Program-made: the position numbers and the translations under genes
Source of the DNA: Arthrobacter sp.
GTDB lineage: Bacteria; Actinomycetota; Actinomycetes; Actinomycetales; Micrococcaceae
Assembly: GCA_035254945.1 (NCBI GenBank)
Contig: DATFAE010000022.1
Location: 7,691-71,690, forward strand
Length of the DNA: 64,000 nucleotides
Reading direction: 5' to 3'
Notes under the pieces: model-generated
The model's input: the letters and a program-made list of their open reading frames with translations, nothing else
What the model was told of the DNA's origin: nothing
Database searches by the model: none
Part shown: positions 10,075-19,598 of the stretch, one piece after another
Position numbering within the stretch: position 1 is the stretch's first letter
How the letters are laid out: each line of letters starts with the position of its first letter

Positions 10075-11007
10075 ATGTCCACACCCACCAAAAAGTCCGG
10101 TACCGCGACGGGCAAAAGGAACAGACTCTACTGGGGCGTTCCTGCTGCCCTGGTGGCGCTGGTGCTGGTGGTGGTGCTCGCCAAGTGGCTCAGGGAGCTG
10201 CCGGCGGTCGCGTCCTTCCTGGTGGACTACCCGGGCCATTCCGAGCTCCCCGACGACGCTCCCGTGGGTTTCCCTGCCTGGCTCGCCTGGCAGCATTTCC
10301 TCAACGGGTTCTTCCTGCTTCTGATCATCCGGACCGGCTGGCAGGTGCGGACCACCACCCGGCCGAGCGGTCACTGGACCCGCAACAACAAGGGCCTGAT
10401 CAAAACCAAGACACCGCCCACCAAGATCACCCTGGAACTGTGGTTCCACCTGACCCTGGACGCCTTGTGGATCCTCAACGGAGTGGTGTTCGCCGTCCTG
10501 CTGTTCGCAACGGGACAGTGGATGAGGATTGTCCCGACCAGCTGGGATGTCTTCCCCAACGCCCTGTCCGCGGCCCTGCAGTACGCATCCTTGAACTGGC
10601 CCACCGAAAACGGCTGGGTCAATTACAACGCCCTGCAGCTGCTGACCTACTTCGTCACCGTGTTCGTCGCGGCGCCCCTGGCCTTCATCTCCGGCATCCG
10701 GACGTCCTCGGCGTGGCCGAAGAAGGCGGCTGCCCTGAACAAGGCGTACCCGATCGAGCTGGCACGGGCCATCCATTTCCCTGTCATGATCTATTTCGTC
10801 GCGTTTATCGTTGTGCACGTGTTCCTGGTGCTGGCTACCGGGGCCCTGCGTAACCTGAACCACATGTACGCCGTGACCGACGGCGACGGCTGGCTCGGCT
10901 TCTGGATCTTCCTCGTCTCCGTGGCAGTCATGCTGGCGGCATGGTTCCTCGCCCGGCCCATCTTCCTGCGGCCCATTGCTTCCCTGATGGGCAAAGTCAG
11001 CCGCTAA
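10075..11007 (+). CDS. Cytochrome b/b6-domain (di-heme, Ni-hydrogenase cyt b-like) membrane protein
   Basis: Several TM helices with His in WQHFLN, WFHLTLD, AIHFPVM and VVHVFLV; YNALQLLTY motif. Confidence 0.75.
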   Translation: MSTPTKKSGTATGKRNRLYWGVPAALVALVLVVVLAKWLRELPAVASFLVDYPGHSELPDDAPVGFPAWLAWQHFLNGFFLLLIIRTGWQVRTTTRPSGHWTRNNKGLIKTKTPPTKITLELWFHLTLDALWILNGVVFAVLLFATGQWMRIVPTSWDVFPNALSAALQYASLNWPTENGWVNYNALQLLTYFVTVFVAAPLAFISGIRTSSAWPKKAAALNKAYPIELARAIHFPVMIYFVAFIVVHVFLVLATGALRNLNHMYAVTDGDGWLGFWIFLVSVAVMLAAWFLARPIFLRPIASLMGKVSR

Positions 11008-11040
11008 GGCCCCGCTGCTGCCCTCCGCCGGTGAGGGCGG

Positions 11041-12480
11041 CTACCGGCCGTCCTTGAGTCTTTGGTAGGTTTCAAGCGCCCGCTCCCGGGACTCCGGCAG
11101 CGACACCAGCGGCGGCGGGTAACCGCCTGCCGCCTCGGCGTCCTTCCACGGTTCGTGGATGGCCTTGTCACTCAGGCCTGCGATCTCCGGGACGTACTGC
11201 CGCAGGTACCGTCCGCCGGCGTCGAACTTCTTGCTTTGCGTGACCGGATTAAAGATCCGGAAGTAGGGAGAGGCGTCCGCGCCGGACCCCGCCACCCACT
11301 GCCAGTTCGCCGGGTTGCTGGCGGCGTCGGCGTCCACCAGGGTGTCCCAGAACCACTCCTCACCCAGGCGCCAGTCTGCCAGCATGTTCTTGACCAGGAA
11401 CGACGCCGCGGCCATCCGGACGCGGTTGTGCATCCAGCCGGTCCTCCACAACTGCCGCATGCCGGCGTCCACCAAGGGGTAGCCTGTCCTGCCTTGCTGC
11501 CAGGCGCCGAGCTCTGCCCTGGACGGTTCCTCCCAGGCAAAGTCGTCGAACTCCGGACGGTAGTTACGCGTCGCCAGCTGGGGGTTCACATAGAGCAGTT
11601 GCCAGCAGAACTCGCGCCAGCCAATTTCGGACCGGAAAATTCCGACGTCGGCCGGCGCCTGCCGTGGAAACCGCTGCCTGAGTGCGTGCCAGACGCGGAA
11701 GGGGCTAATCTCGCCGAAACGGAGGTGGGGGGATAACCTGCTGGTCCCCTCGACGCCGGGAACGTCCCTGCCGGTCCCATACTCGGCCACCGGGCCATCC
11801 AGGAAGTCTTCCAGCCGGCCGTGGGCGCCGGCTTCGCCCGGTTCCCAGGTTTCCGCCAGGCCTCCGCTCCAGTCGGGTAATTCCGGCAGCAGGGACCACG
11901 ACTCCAGCGCTTCACTGTCGGCATGCTTTTTTCGGCCCGCACTGGCGGGGGTCGGCAGCGCGGCCGGAGCGTCCAACGGCATGCGCGGTTCGCCCGAAGC
12001 GAGGCAGGCGCGCCAAAAGGGCGTAAACACCTTGTAGGGGCCGCCGCTGCCGGTCGTCACGGTCCACGGCTCGAAGAGCAGGCTCGCCTGGAAGCTGGTG
12101 GCCTCGATGCCCTCAGCGGCGGCCCATTCCTTGATGCCGGCGTCAACGGCCCGTTCCGGACCGCCATAGCGGCGGTTCCACAGGAGATGGGCTGCATCAG
12201 TCTCCTGGACGAGTTCCCGGATGATCCGTGCTGCCGGTCCCCGCCGGAGGACCAGGGTGGAGCCAGCATCCTCCAGATCGGTTGAGAGGGACGCAAGGGA
12301 CTGGTGCAGCCACCAGCGGACCGCGCCGCCGAGGGGCCGGATGCCGTCCGATTCCTCGTCAAGGATGTAGACCACGGTCAGGGGAAGGCCCAGTTCGACG
12401 GCCCGGGTCAGCGCTGGATTGTCATCCAGGCGAAGATCATCACGGAGCCACACGATTGACGTTGCGTCGGGGGAGGACAT
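11041..12480 (-). CDS. phr: Deoxyribodipyrimidine photolyase / cryptochrome family
   Basis: WLRDDLRLDDNPAL, TSRLSPHLRFGEIS, TGYPLVDAGMRQLWRTGWMHNRVRM, NWQWVAG, RIFNP. Confidence 0.93.
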   Translation of the reverse strand: MSSPDATSIVWLRDDLRLDDNPALTRAVELGLPLTVVYILDEESDGIRPLGGAVRWWLHQSLASLSTDLEDAGSTLVLRRGPAARIIRELVQETDAAHLLWNRRYGGPERAVDAGIKEWAAAEGIEATSFQASLLFEPWTVTTGSGGPYKVFTPFWRACLASGEPRMPLDAPAALPTPASAGRKKHADSEALESWSLLPELPDWSGGLAETWEPGEAGAHGRLEDFLDGPVAEYGTGRDVPGVEGTSRLSPHLRFGEISPFRVWHALRQRFPRQAPADVGIFRSEIGWREFCWQLLYVNPQLATRNYRPEFDDFAWEEPSRAELGAWQQGRTGYPLVDAGMRQLWRTGWMHNRVRMAAASFLVKNMLADWRLGEEWFWDTLVDADAASNPANWQWVAGSGADASPYFRIFNPVTQSKKFDAGGRYLRQYVPEIAGLSDKAIHEPWKDAEAAGGYPPPLVSLPESRERALETYQRLKDGR

Positions 12481-12589
12481 GGCTCAACGCTACACACATC
12501 CGCAGGGAGCCGCATGGCGTGGTGCTGCTGCTGTGTAGGTGCCGCAGGTGCACGGACCCACCGCTGTACCCCCCGCTGCGGGAACGGCA

Positions 12590-12620
12590 AAGGCCGGGGT
12601 TCGTCGTGAACCCCGGCCTT
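12590..12620 (-). terminator. Terminator of pspA
   Basis: Perfect 13-bp stem AAGGCCGGGGTTC-5 nt-GAACCCCGGCCTT. Confidence 0.75.
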
Positions 12621-12652
12621 GTGCCTGCCCGGGCAGTACGGGCGTGGGCTGG

Positions 12653-13450
12653 CTACAGTTTGTCGAAGTCGGCTTCGTCCACCGTCGACTCGGCGCCGGC
12701 ACCTGAGGCACCCGAGGCGTCGATGGCGGGCGTGGCTTTGTTGCCGGACTTCAGCGCGGCGAGGCGGGCTTCGATTTCCACCTGTTCGCCGAGGTCCTCA
12801 AGCTGGTTGAACTGTGCATCCAGGCTGGACGCGGCAAGTTCCTGCTGGCCCCTGACCTTGGCTTCTTCGCGGCGGATCTTTTCCTCGAACCGGCCAACCT
12901 CCGACGTGGGGTCCATGAAGTCGATGCTCTTGATGGCGTCGTGGACCTGCGACTGGGCGGCAGCTGTCTTGGAACGGGCCACGAGTTCATTGCGCTTGCT
13001 GGTGAGTTCGTTGAGCTTGCCCTTCATCTGGTCCAGGCCGGTCTTGAGCTTGTCCACCACTTCGCGCTGTGAGGCGATGCTGGGCTCGGCGCCCTTGGCT
13101 TCGTTCTCGGCTGACATCTGGCGCTGCAGTGCCACCTTGGCCAGGTTGTCGAACTTCTCGGCGTCCGCGGCGTGCCCGCTGCTGCGGTATTCGTCGGCCT
13201 TGCGCGACGCGGCGAGGGCTTTGTTGCCCCAGTCGCGGGCGTTCTTCACGTCTTCGTTGTAGTCGTCCTCAAGCATGCGCAGGTTGCCGATGGTTTGGGC
13301 AACTGCCGATTCAGCCTCGGCGATGTTGTTGGTGTAGTCCCGGACCATCTGGTCCAGCATCTTCTGCGGATCCTCAGCGTTGTCCAGCAAGGTGTTGATG
13401 TTTGCTTTTGCAAGCTGCGCGATGCGGCCGAAAATGGACTGCTTAACCAT
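12653..13450 (-). CDS. pspA: PspA/IM30 family protein
   Basis: SIFGRIAQLAKANINTLLDNAEDPQKMLDQMVRDY, long coiled coil, FEEKIRREEA. Confidence 0.92.
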   Translation of the reverse strand: MVKQSIFGRIAQLAKANINTLLDNAEDPQKMLDQMVRDYTNNIAEAESAVAQTIGNLRMLEDDYNEDVKNARDWGNKALAASRKADEYRSSGHAADAEKFDNLAKVALQRQMSAENEAKGAEPSIASQREVVDKLKTGLDQMKGKLNELTSKRNELVARSKTAAAQSQVHDAIKSIDFMDPTSEVGRFEEKIRREEAKVRGQQELAASSLDAQFNQLEDLGEQVEIEARLAALKSGNKATPAIDASGASGAGAESTVDEADFDKL

Positions 13451-13560
13451 GGTGTTACCTTTCGTCCTGCTCAGTCGTGGCCACTGAAATCAGTGAACAG
13501 TTGTTGTACCGCTTTCTATGCGCCGGGCGGTTCGTTCCGCCCGGTGCCTAGTCTTTAGGG

Positions 13561-15609
13561 TCAGAAACTCCCAGAGTCGCCGCCGCCAAAATCGCCGCCG
13601 CCGAAGTCGCCTCCGCCAAAGCCTCCGCCGTCGCCGCCCCAGCCGCCGCCGTCGCTGTGTCCGCCGCCCCAGCCGCCGCCGCTTCCGCCGTGGAGGATGG
13701 AGTTGATGAGGATGCCGCCGAGGATGGCTCCGCCCAGTCCGCCTCCGCCGCCTCCACCGAACATGCCTCCGCCACCGTAGCCCTGGTTGGCGTAGCCGCC
13801 GAAGTGGTCCACGTCGGCCTGGGCAAGCTGGGCCGCCTGGGCTGCGAGAGCATGCGCCTGCTGGGCGTATGTGAGCGCAGTGACCGGATCGCTGCGGGAG
13901 ATGGAGAGGGCATAGTCCAGGTTCCGCTGCGACTCAGCGAGCCGGGTGCGGGCTTCCGTCCCTACGCCGCCGCGGCGCGCCGTGATGTAGTCCGACGTGG
14001 CGCTGATCTGGGCCTGGGCAGACATGATGGTCTGCTGCAGGGACGCCTGGGCCCGGCGGGCCTGCTCCTGTTGGTCCCGGATTCCGGTCAGTGCCTGGTC
14101 CAGTGACTGGTGCGCCGTTTCCACCCGCTGGAGGGTGGCAATGGGATCGATTTTCCCGCCCTGGATCTCGGCCTTGACCTGGGCAAGGGCGGATTCGACG
14201 CCCGCTACCGGGCCGGCAAGCTCCGGGTGGGCCCCGGACTGGATCATCGCACGTGCCTGCGCAAGGTCCTGGGAGGTATCCACGACGGCGGCCTCAAGTC
14301 CGTTGCGGGCCTCATCCAGGCTGGTGGAGACCTTGGAAATTGCATCGAGGAGGACGTTGGTCTGGTGGAGGCTCTCTTCGGACGCGCGGACCGCCACGGC
14401 GGCGAGGCTGGCCTCCCCTTCGGCCAGCTTCTGCTCAGCAGTTGCCGTGGCGTTCTGGACGAAGGCCAGCCGCTCCTTGGCCTGCGTGATGTTATCGGAT
14501 ACCTGGGCCAGGGCGCTGTCCGCATATTTGGAGCGGAGGCTGGTCAGCGACTGTTCAGCGCTGGCGATCTTGGCGTCGGCCTCCTGCGCCCCCGCCTTGA
14601 CCGTGGCGAGTGCCTGCGGCGCGTTCTTTTCGAGCTCGCGCAGCGAATCGAAGTCGGCCTTCTGTTCCTGCAGGGAACCGAGGGCGGCCTCGGACCGGCG
14701 GATGATCTCACCAAGCCAGCTGCGCTGCTGCTCTTCGGTGTCCGGAATGTGGTCGTCCAGTTGCTGCTGGAGTTTGAAGGATTCGGACATGTGTCCCTTG
14801 GCTTCCTGCAGCGCCTTGGTGAAGTTCCCGACGGCGGAATCGCCGTACTGGGCCTGGGCAAACATCAGTTCCTGCTCGCTGGACTTGATCGCGTCATCGG
14901 CTTCGATGAGCAGCGATCCGCTCTTGCGGCGGAGGTCCTCCACACTGAGCGAGGCCAGCGGATCCAGTTCGGCCCCTTGCGGGCCGTAGCTGGCGCTGGA
15001 CGCCTGGCCTGCCTTTTTCCGCCTGTTGCGGAAGTACAGGTAGGCGCCGGCACCTCCGGCGGCTACGACGCCGGTTCCAACAAGGACCGCGGTTCCTGCG
15101 CCGCTGTCGGACGGAACAGATCCACTTCCGCCTCCGGCGGCGTCGCCGATGGCTGCGGCGGTGTCGATGGCTGCCTGAGCGTAGTCCTTCTTGCCGCCGG
15201 CAAGATTTGCGGTCACGGCATTCTGGCTGATGTTCGACTGCTTGGACCTGATGGCGCTTGAAGCGTCAGTCGCAAAATAGAACTGACCGGCTGTAGAAAT
15301 GGCCAACAGAACGTCGGCTTTACCCATGGATTTCTTTGTCGCGACGGCCTTGCCCCAGTCTTCAGGCTTTGCGGGGTTCTCGAAAGAGTTCACAGTGACC
15401 ACGTAGAGGTTGTACTTGTGGTCCTTCAGAAGCTTTGAGATGGCCTCCTGGACCTCTGCCTTGCGGCCACCCAGGACATTGGCGTTATCCACAATGTTCG
15501 TTCCGGAGGGAATGGTCACCGGATCTTCGGCCCAGGCCGCGGCGGCGGGAACCGCCAACAAGCCCGTCAGGCCAATCACGGCGAGGATACGTTTGAACTT
15601 TGACCGCAT
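13561..15609 (-). CDS. TPM-domain membrane protein with long coiled coil and Gly-rich tail (Rv2345-like)
   Basis: Signal peptide from MRSKFKRILAV, TPM-like IVDNANVL..YVVTVNSF, TM helix, ADDAIKSSEQEL..AQAQYG, Gly-rich C-terminus; start reassigned to ATG 15609. Confidence 0.82.
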   Translation of the reverse strand: MRSKFKRILAVIGLTGLLAVPAAAAWAEDPVTIPSGTNIVDNANVLGGRKAEVQEAISKLLKDHKYNLYVVTVNSFENPAKPEDWGKAVATKKSMGKADVLLAISTAGQFYFATDASSAIRSKQSNISQNAVTANLAGGKKDYAQAAIDTAAAIGDAAGGGSGSVPSDSGAGTAVLVGTGVVAAGGAGAYLYFRNRRKKAGQASSASYGPQGAELDPLASLSVEDLRRKSGSLLIEADDAIKSSEQELMFAQAQYGDSAVGNFTKALQEAKGHMSESFKLQQQLDDHIPDTEEQQRSWLGEIIRRSEAALGSLQEQKADFDSLRELEKNAPQALATVKAGAQEADAKIASAEQSLTSLRSKYADSALAQVSDNITQAKERLAFVQNATATAEQKLAEGEASLAAVAVRASEESLHQTNVLLDAISKVSTSLDEARNGLEAAVVDTSQDLAQARAMIQSGAHPELAGPVAGVESALAQVKAEIQGGKIDPIATLQRVETAHQSLDQALTGIRDQQEQARRAQASLQQTIMSAQAQISATSDYITARRGGVGTEARTRLAESQRNLDYALSISRSDPVTALTYAQQAHALAAQAAQLAQADVDHFGGYANQGYGGGGMFGGGGGGGLGGAILGGILINSILHGGSGGGWGGGHSDGGGWGGDGGGFGGGDFGGGDFGGGDSGSF

Positions 15610-15812
15610 GTGCAACCCTTCAGCACGCCTGACACCGATTCGGGACGAATCAGTCGTCTCAGAATGCAGCAGCGCCCCCACGCGTGGTGTAAAGCCGCAG
15701 GTCGCTGTGGCAATTCCTCTTGATTCTATGGTGCACCTATAAGTGCGTCCACAAGGCCGAATATGCCACCAGCGAAACGGACTTCGGGGCCCGGCAAGGG
15801 CCTTGCACAGGC

Positions 15813-15829
15813 ATTCAGGAAGCTCCCAG
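15813..15829 (+). promoter_or_regulatory. MprA-box-like direct repeat upstream of htrA
   Basis: ATTCAG-5 nt-TCCCAG resembles the TCTCAG-N5-TCTCAG repeat. Confidence 0.4.
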
Positions 15830-15897
15830 CCAACGTCCGCATTTGTTCCAGCCAAGAGGTTCATAGTTAATGGCAGACGAGGATGAAAGGAAGTCCA

Positions 15898-17568
15898 ATG
15901 ACTGAGAACCCAACGCCAGGTGCAGCGCCGGAACCCCGGGATCCGCGGCAGCCGGAAGCGCCGCAACCGGCACCGCCGGCCGGTCGCACTCCAGCGCCGC
16001 TTCACGATCCCGCGGCTGCGGCGCAGGGGGACCAGCGAGCAACCGAAGCCCGGGGTACAGATCCTGACGCCGGAGAGCACCCTACCCAGCGGATTGACCG
16101 TACGCCGGGGGCAGAGCACACCCAGCAGCTTCCGGGCGCCCCCCGTCCGGATTACCCGCCACGCGGACCTTTTTACGGCCAGCAGAACCACCCGGCCAGC
16201 GAACACCACTCCGGGCAAAACACTTTCGGCCAGAACCAGGCCGGCCCGTACAGCCAGGGCCCGCAGTACGGTCAGCCGCAGTACGGCCAGCACGGCGTCC
16301 ACGCTGCGGGCCCGGGCGGGGGAGGCGTGGCCCTGGCCCCGAACCCTGCCGACGCTCCCCGCCGCAAGCCCAGCTTCGGCGTCGGCACCCTCGTGGCCAG
16401 CATCCTCGCCGCCGGCCTGGTAGGTGGCGGAGTGGCCACCGTGGGTTCAGGCAACCTCTTCGACGGCGGGAACTCCGGCGCCGTGAGCAGCAGCCAGCCG
16501 GAAACGGTCATCGTCAACAACAAGGACGATGTCAATGCCATCACCGCGGCAGCATTGAAGGCTTCCCCGAGCGTGGTGACCATCAGCGCGACCAGCGGCA
16601 GTTCAGGCGGTACCGGTTCCGGGATCATCCTGGACGATGAAGGACACATCCTCACCAACACCCACGTGGTGACCCTGGACGGAGCAACGGCCAACGCGGC
16701 ACTTGAGATCCGCACCAGCAACGGCCGCGTCCTCACCGCCAAGCTTGTGGGCACCGACCCGCTCTCCGACCTTGCCGTCATCAAGGTGAACGACGCCTCC
16801 GGCCTGACACCCGCTACCCTTGGCGACTCCGGCAAGCTCAACGTGGGAGACACCGCCATCGCGATCGGCTCGCCTCTGGGCCTCACCGGAACCGTGACGG
16901 ACGGCATCGTCTCCACCCTGAACCGGACCATCAGCGTGGCATCCTCGGCAGCACCCAAGGAAGGCGACACTTCCCAGGGCGGCGATCAGGGCTTCCAGTT
17001 CGCGCCTCCGGGCGGAGGCCAGAGCCAGCAGACGGCAGGCCAGGGCTCCATCTCCATCAACGTGATCCAGACGGATGCGGCCATCAACCCCGGCAACTCC
17101 GGCGGCGCGCTGGTCAACAGCAAGGGTGAGATCATCGGCGTCAACGTTGCCATCGCCTCAGCAGGGTCCGACTCCTCGTCCAGCTCGTCAAGCGGCAACA
17201 TCGGCGTGGGCTTCAGCATCCCGATCAACCACGCCAAGAGAGTCGCCCAGGAGATCATCGACACCGGCAAGGTTTCCCATGGCCAGCTGGGCGTCAGCGT
17301 CAAGGACAAGTCATCCACCAGCTCTTCCTCCAGCTTCTCCGTCGGTGCCGATGTCGCCACGGTCGAATCAGGATCGGCTGCAGCCAACGCCGGCATCAAG
17401 GTGGGCGATGTGATCACCCGCTTCAACGATCTGACCATCAGCGAACCCAACCAGCTGACGGCCGCGGTCCGCGAGCAGGCCGCCGGAGCCAAGGTCAGGA
17501 TCACGGTCCAGCGCAACGGCCAGGAACAGACCCTGGATGTCACGCTCGGCAAGGCAGCCGAGCAGTAA
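15898..17568 (+). CDS. htrA: HtrA/DegP-type S1C serine protease with PDZ (PepD-like)
   Basis: Pro/Gln-rich N-terminus, TM helix, triad motifs LTNTHVV, DLAVIK, NPGNSGG, C-terminal PDZ; RBS GAAAGGAAG before ATG 15898. Confidence 0.92.
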   Translation: MTENPTPGAAPEPRDPRQPEAPQPAPPAGRTPAPLHDPAAAAQGDQRATEARGTDPDAGEHPTQRIDRTPGAEHTQQLPGAPRPDYPPRGPFYGQQNHPASEHHSGQNTFGQNQAGPYSQGPQYGQPQYGQHGVHAAGPGGGGVALAPNPADAPRRKPSFGVGTLVASILAAGLVGGGVATVGSGNLFDGGNSGAVSSSQPETVIVNNKDDVNAITAAALKASPSVVTISATSGSSGGTGSGIILDDEGHILTNTHVVTLDGATANAALEIRTSNGRVLTAKLVGTDPLSDLAVIKVNDASGLTPATLGDSGKLNVGDTAIAIGSPLGLTGTVTDGIVSTLNRTISVASSAAPKEGDTSQGGDQGFQFAPPGGGQSQQTAGQGSISINVIQTDAAINPGNSGGALVNSKGEIIGVNVAIASAGSDSSSSSSSGNIGVGFSIPINHAKRVAQEIIDTGKVSHGQLGVSVKDKSSTSSSSSFSVGADVATVESGSAAANAGIKVGDVITRFNDLTISEPNQLTAAVREQAAGAKVRITVQRNGQEQTLDVTLGKAAEQ

Positions 17569-17616
17569 CGGGCACTAACAGGCAAGCCTGTGTACGGCTA
17601 AATGGAGTTCCGGCAG

Positions 17617-17649
17617 CGGCGGGCGTCCCCTGGAAAGGGGGCCCCGCCG
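17617..17649 (+). terminator. Probable hairpin terminator after htrA
   Basis: CGGCGGGCGTCCCCT-GGAA-AGGGGGCCCCGCCG imperfect stem. Confidence 0.45.
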
Positions 17650-17814
17650 TCGGCATTCCTCCGCCGCTGGCAAGCCGGCTGACACAGGCGTTAACGCGAC
17701 GTCCCCCGGGTACTTCTATATGGTTAGCTAGGATCTACCCGTACCCCGGGCGTTCCGCGGCCATGACCTCACCCGGCTGGCTATCCACAAGCATGGAAGG
17801 CTGCTGTAAATACA

Positions 17815-18627
17815 GTGGAAGAGACATTGAAGATCATCGTCCTGGTCAAGCATGTACCGGACGCTCAGTTCGACCGTCACCTCAACGGGGAGGGCTACAC
17901 CACGGACCGCGATGAAAGCATCCTGTCCGAACTGGATGAATACGCGCTGGAAGCGGCACTGCAGCTGGCTGAAGCCCGCGGCGGCAGCAAGGCCGGAAAC
18001 CAGGTCATCGCGCTCAGCATGGGCCCCTCCGGCGCTGTCAATGCCGTCAAGAAGTCACTGCAGATGGGCGCCACCGAAGGTGTCCACCTCACCGACGGCG
18101 CCCTGGCCGGCTCGGATGCCGCCGCCACCTCGCTGGCCCTGGCCGCCGCCGTCCGCCACCTCGGCGCTGACGCACCGGTGGACCTCGTGCTCACCGGCAT
18201 GGCCTCCACCGACGGCGAAACCTCCCTGGTGCCCGCGCAGCTGGCAGAACGGCTGGGACTGCCGCAGGTCACCTTTGCGTCGTCCCTGGAGGTCGACGGC
18301 GGACGGCTGACCGCCCGCCGCGACGCCGACACCTACTCGGAGACCGTGGAAGCGTCGCTGCCGGCCGTCGTATCGGTGACCGACCAGATCAACGAGCCCC
18401 GCTACCCCAACTTCAAGGGCATTATCGCGGCCAAGCGCAAGAGCATCACCACGCTGTCGCTGTCAGACATCGGAGTTGATCCTTCCCAGGTGGGCCACGC
18501 CGGATCCTGGACCACGGTGACGTCGGCCGAGGAACGCCCGCCGCGCACCGCCGGCACCATCATCACCGACGAAGGCGACGCCGGCATCAAGCTGGTGGAC
18601 TTCCTGGCCGCCCAGAAGCTGCTCTAA
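17815..18627 (+). CDS. etfB: Electron transfer flavoprotein beta subunit
   Basis: IIVLVKHVPD, DEYALEAAL, ASTDGETSLVPAQLAERL, NEPRYPNFKGI. Confidence 0.93.
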   Translation: MEETLKIIVLVKHVPDAQFDRHLNGEGYTTDRDESILSELDEYALEAALQLAEARGGSKAGNQVIALSMGPSGAVNAVKKSLQMGATEGVHLTDGALAGSDAAATSLALAAAVRHLGADAPVDLVLTGMASTDGETSLVPAQLAERLGLPQVTFASSLEVDGGRLTARRDADTYSETVEASLPAVVSVTDQINEPRYPNFKGIIAAKRKSITTLSLSDIGVDPSQVGHAGSWTTVTSAEERPPRTAGTIITDEGDAGIKLVDFLAAQKLL

Positions 18628-18641
18628 GAGGGATCACAGAC

Positions 18642-19595
18642 ATGGCAAACGTACTTATTTTCATTGACAACCCTGGCGCGGCCCTGAAGAAGAGCAGCCT
18701 CGAACTGCTGACCCTGGGGCGTTCCCTGGGCGAGACAGCAGTCGCTCTGAACGGCGAGCTCAGCAGCGACGTATCGGCAGCCTTCGCCGAGTACGGCGTC
18801 GGCAGCGTCTACCGTCCGTCCGCCCAGGACCTGGACGACTACCTGGTGGCAGCGAAGGCCGCCTACGTTGCGGCCGCGGTCCAGGCTGCCGGGGCCACCA
18901 CGGTGCTCCTGGACAACTCGCCGGAGGGCAAGGAAATCGCCGCCCGCCTTGGCATCCGGCTTTCGGCCGGCGTCATCACGGATGTGGTGGCCGTGGACCC
19001 GGACGGCACAGCCCACAAATCCGTCCTCGCAGGTTCGTACAACACCGCCGCGAAGACCACCACACCTGTCTCCGTGCTGACCGTCAAGGCGAACAACGTG
19101 ACGCCCGAGCCCGCGGCCGGTCCCGGCGCTCCGGAATCCGTCACGGTTGACGTGCCCGCTGACGGCACCTCCGCAGCCGCGCGCATCACGGCCCGCGAGC
19201 AGAAGGTGGCCAGCGGCCGCCCCGACCTGACGGATGCCCGGATCGTGGTGGCCGGCGGACGCGGCGTCGACGGCGACTTCGGTCCCGTTGAACAGCTTGC
19301 GGATGCCCTCGGTGCTGCCGTCGGAGCTTCCCGTGCGGCTACGGATGCAGGCTGGATCAGCCACGATGCCCAGGTGGGCCAGACCGGCAAAACGGTCTCC
19401 CCGCAGCTGTACATTTCAGCGGGAATCTCCGGCGCCATCCAACAGAAAGCCGGGATGCAGACAGCCAAGGTCATTGTGGCAGTGAATAAGGACGCCGAGT
19501 CCCCTGTCTTCGAGATCGCCGACTTCGGCATCATCGGTGACTTGTTCGACGTGCTGCCGCAGGCCACGGAAGAAATCAAGAAGCGAAAGGGCTGA
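18642..19595 (+). CDS. etfA: Electron transfer flavoprotein alpha subunit
   Basis: ARIVVAGGRG, VGASRAATDAGW, QVGQTGKTVSPQLYISAGISGAIQ, IVAVNKD. Confidence 0.94.
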   Translation: MANVLIFIDNPGAALKKSSLELLTLGRSLGETAVALNGELSSDVSAAFAEYGVGSVYRPSAQDLDDYLVAAKAAYVAAAVQAAGATTVLLDNSPEGKEIAARLGIRLSAGVITDVVAVDPDGTAHKSVLAGSYNTAAKTTTPVSVLTVKANNVTPEPAAGPGAPESVTVDVPADGTSAAARITAREQKVASGRPDLTDARIVVAGGRGVDGDFGPVEQLADALGAAVGASRAATDAGWISHDAQVGQTGKTVSPQLYISAGISGAIQQKAGMQTAKVIVAVNKDAESPVFEIADFGIIGDLFDVLPQATEEIKKRKG

Positions 19596-19598
19596 TCC

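Noticed and set aside
625-12500. LexA/SOS boxes upstream of uvrD2, phr or ycaQ
   Set aside because: No TCGAAC-N4-GTTCGA match seen in those upstream regions.
9641-12652. Genomic island or attL/attR at the tRNA duplication
   Set aside because: Both tRNA copies are complete with their own promoter and terminator; no integrase and no partial tRNA repeat downstream.
13561-13800. GGCGGC-rich repeats
   Set aside because: They encode the Gly-rich tail of the TPM protein; not CRISPR or a mobile repeat.
15610-16302. 5' extension of the 913-aa ORF
   Set aside because: It overlaps htrA on the other strand; the signal peptide starts at ATG 15609.
17781-17789. Isolated DnaA-like boxes (CTATCCACA 17781, GCGTCCACA 15745, GTCCACAGG near 9795)
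   Set aside because: Single, mismatched and compatible with chance.
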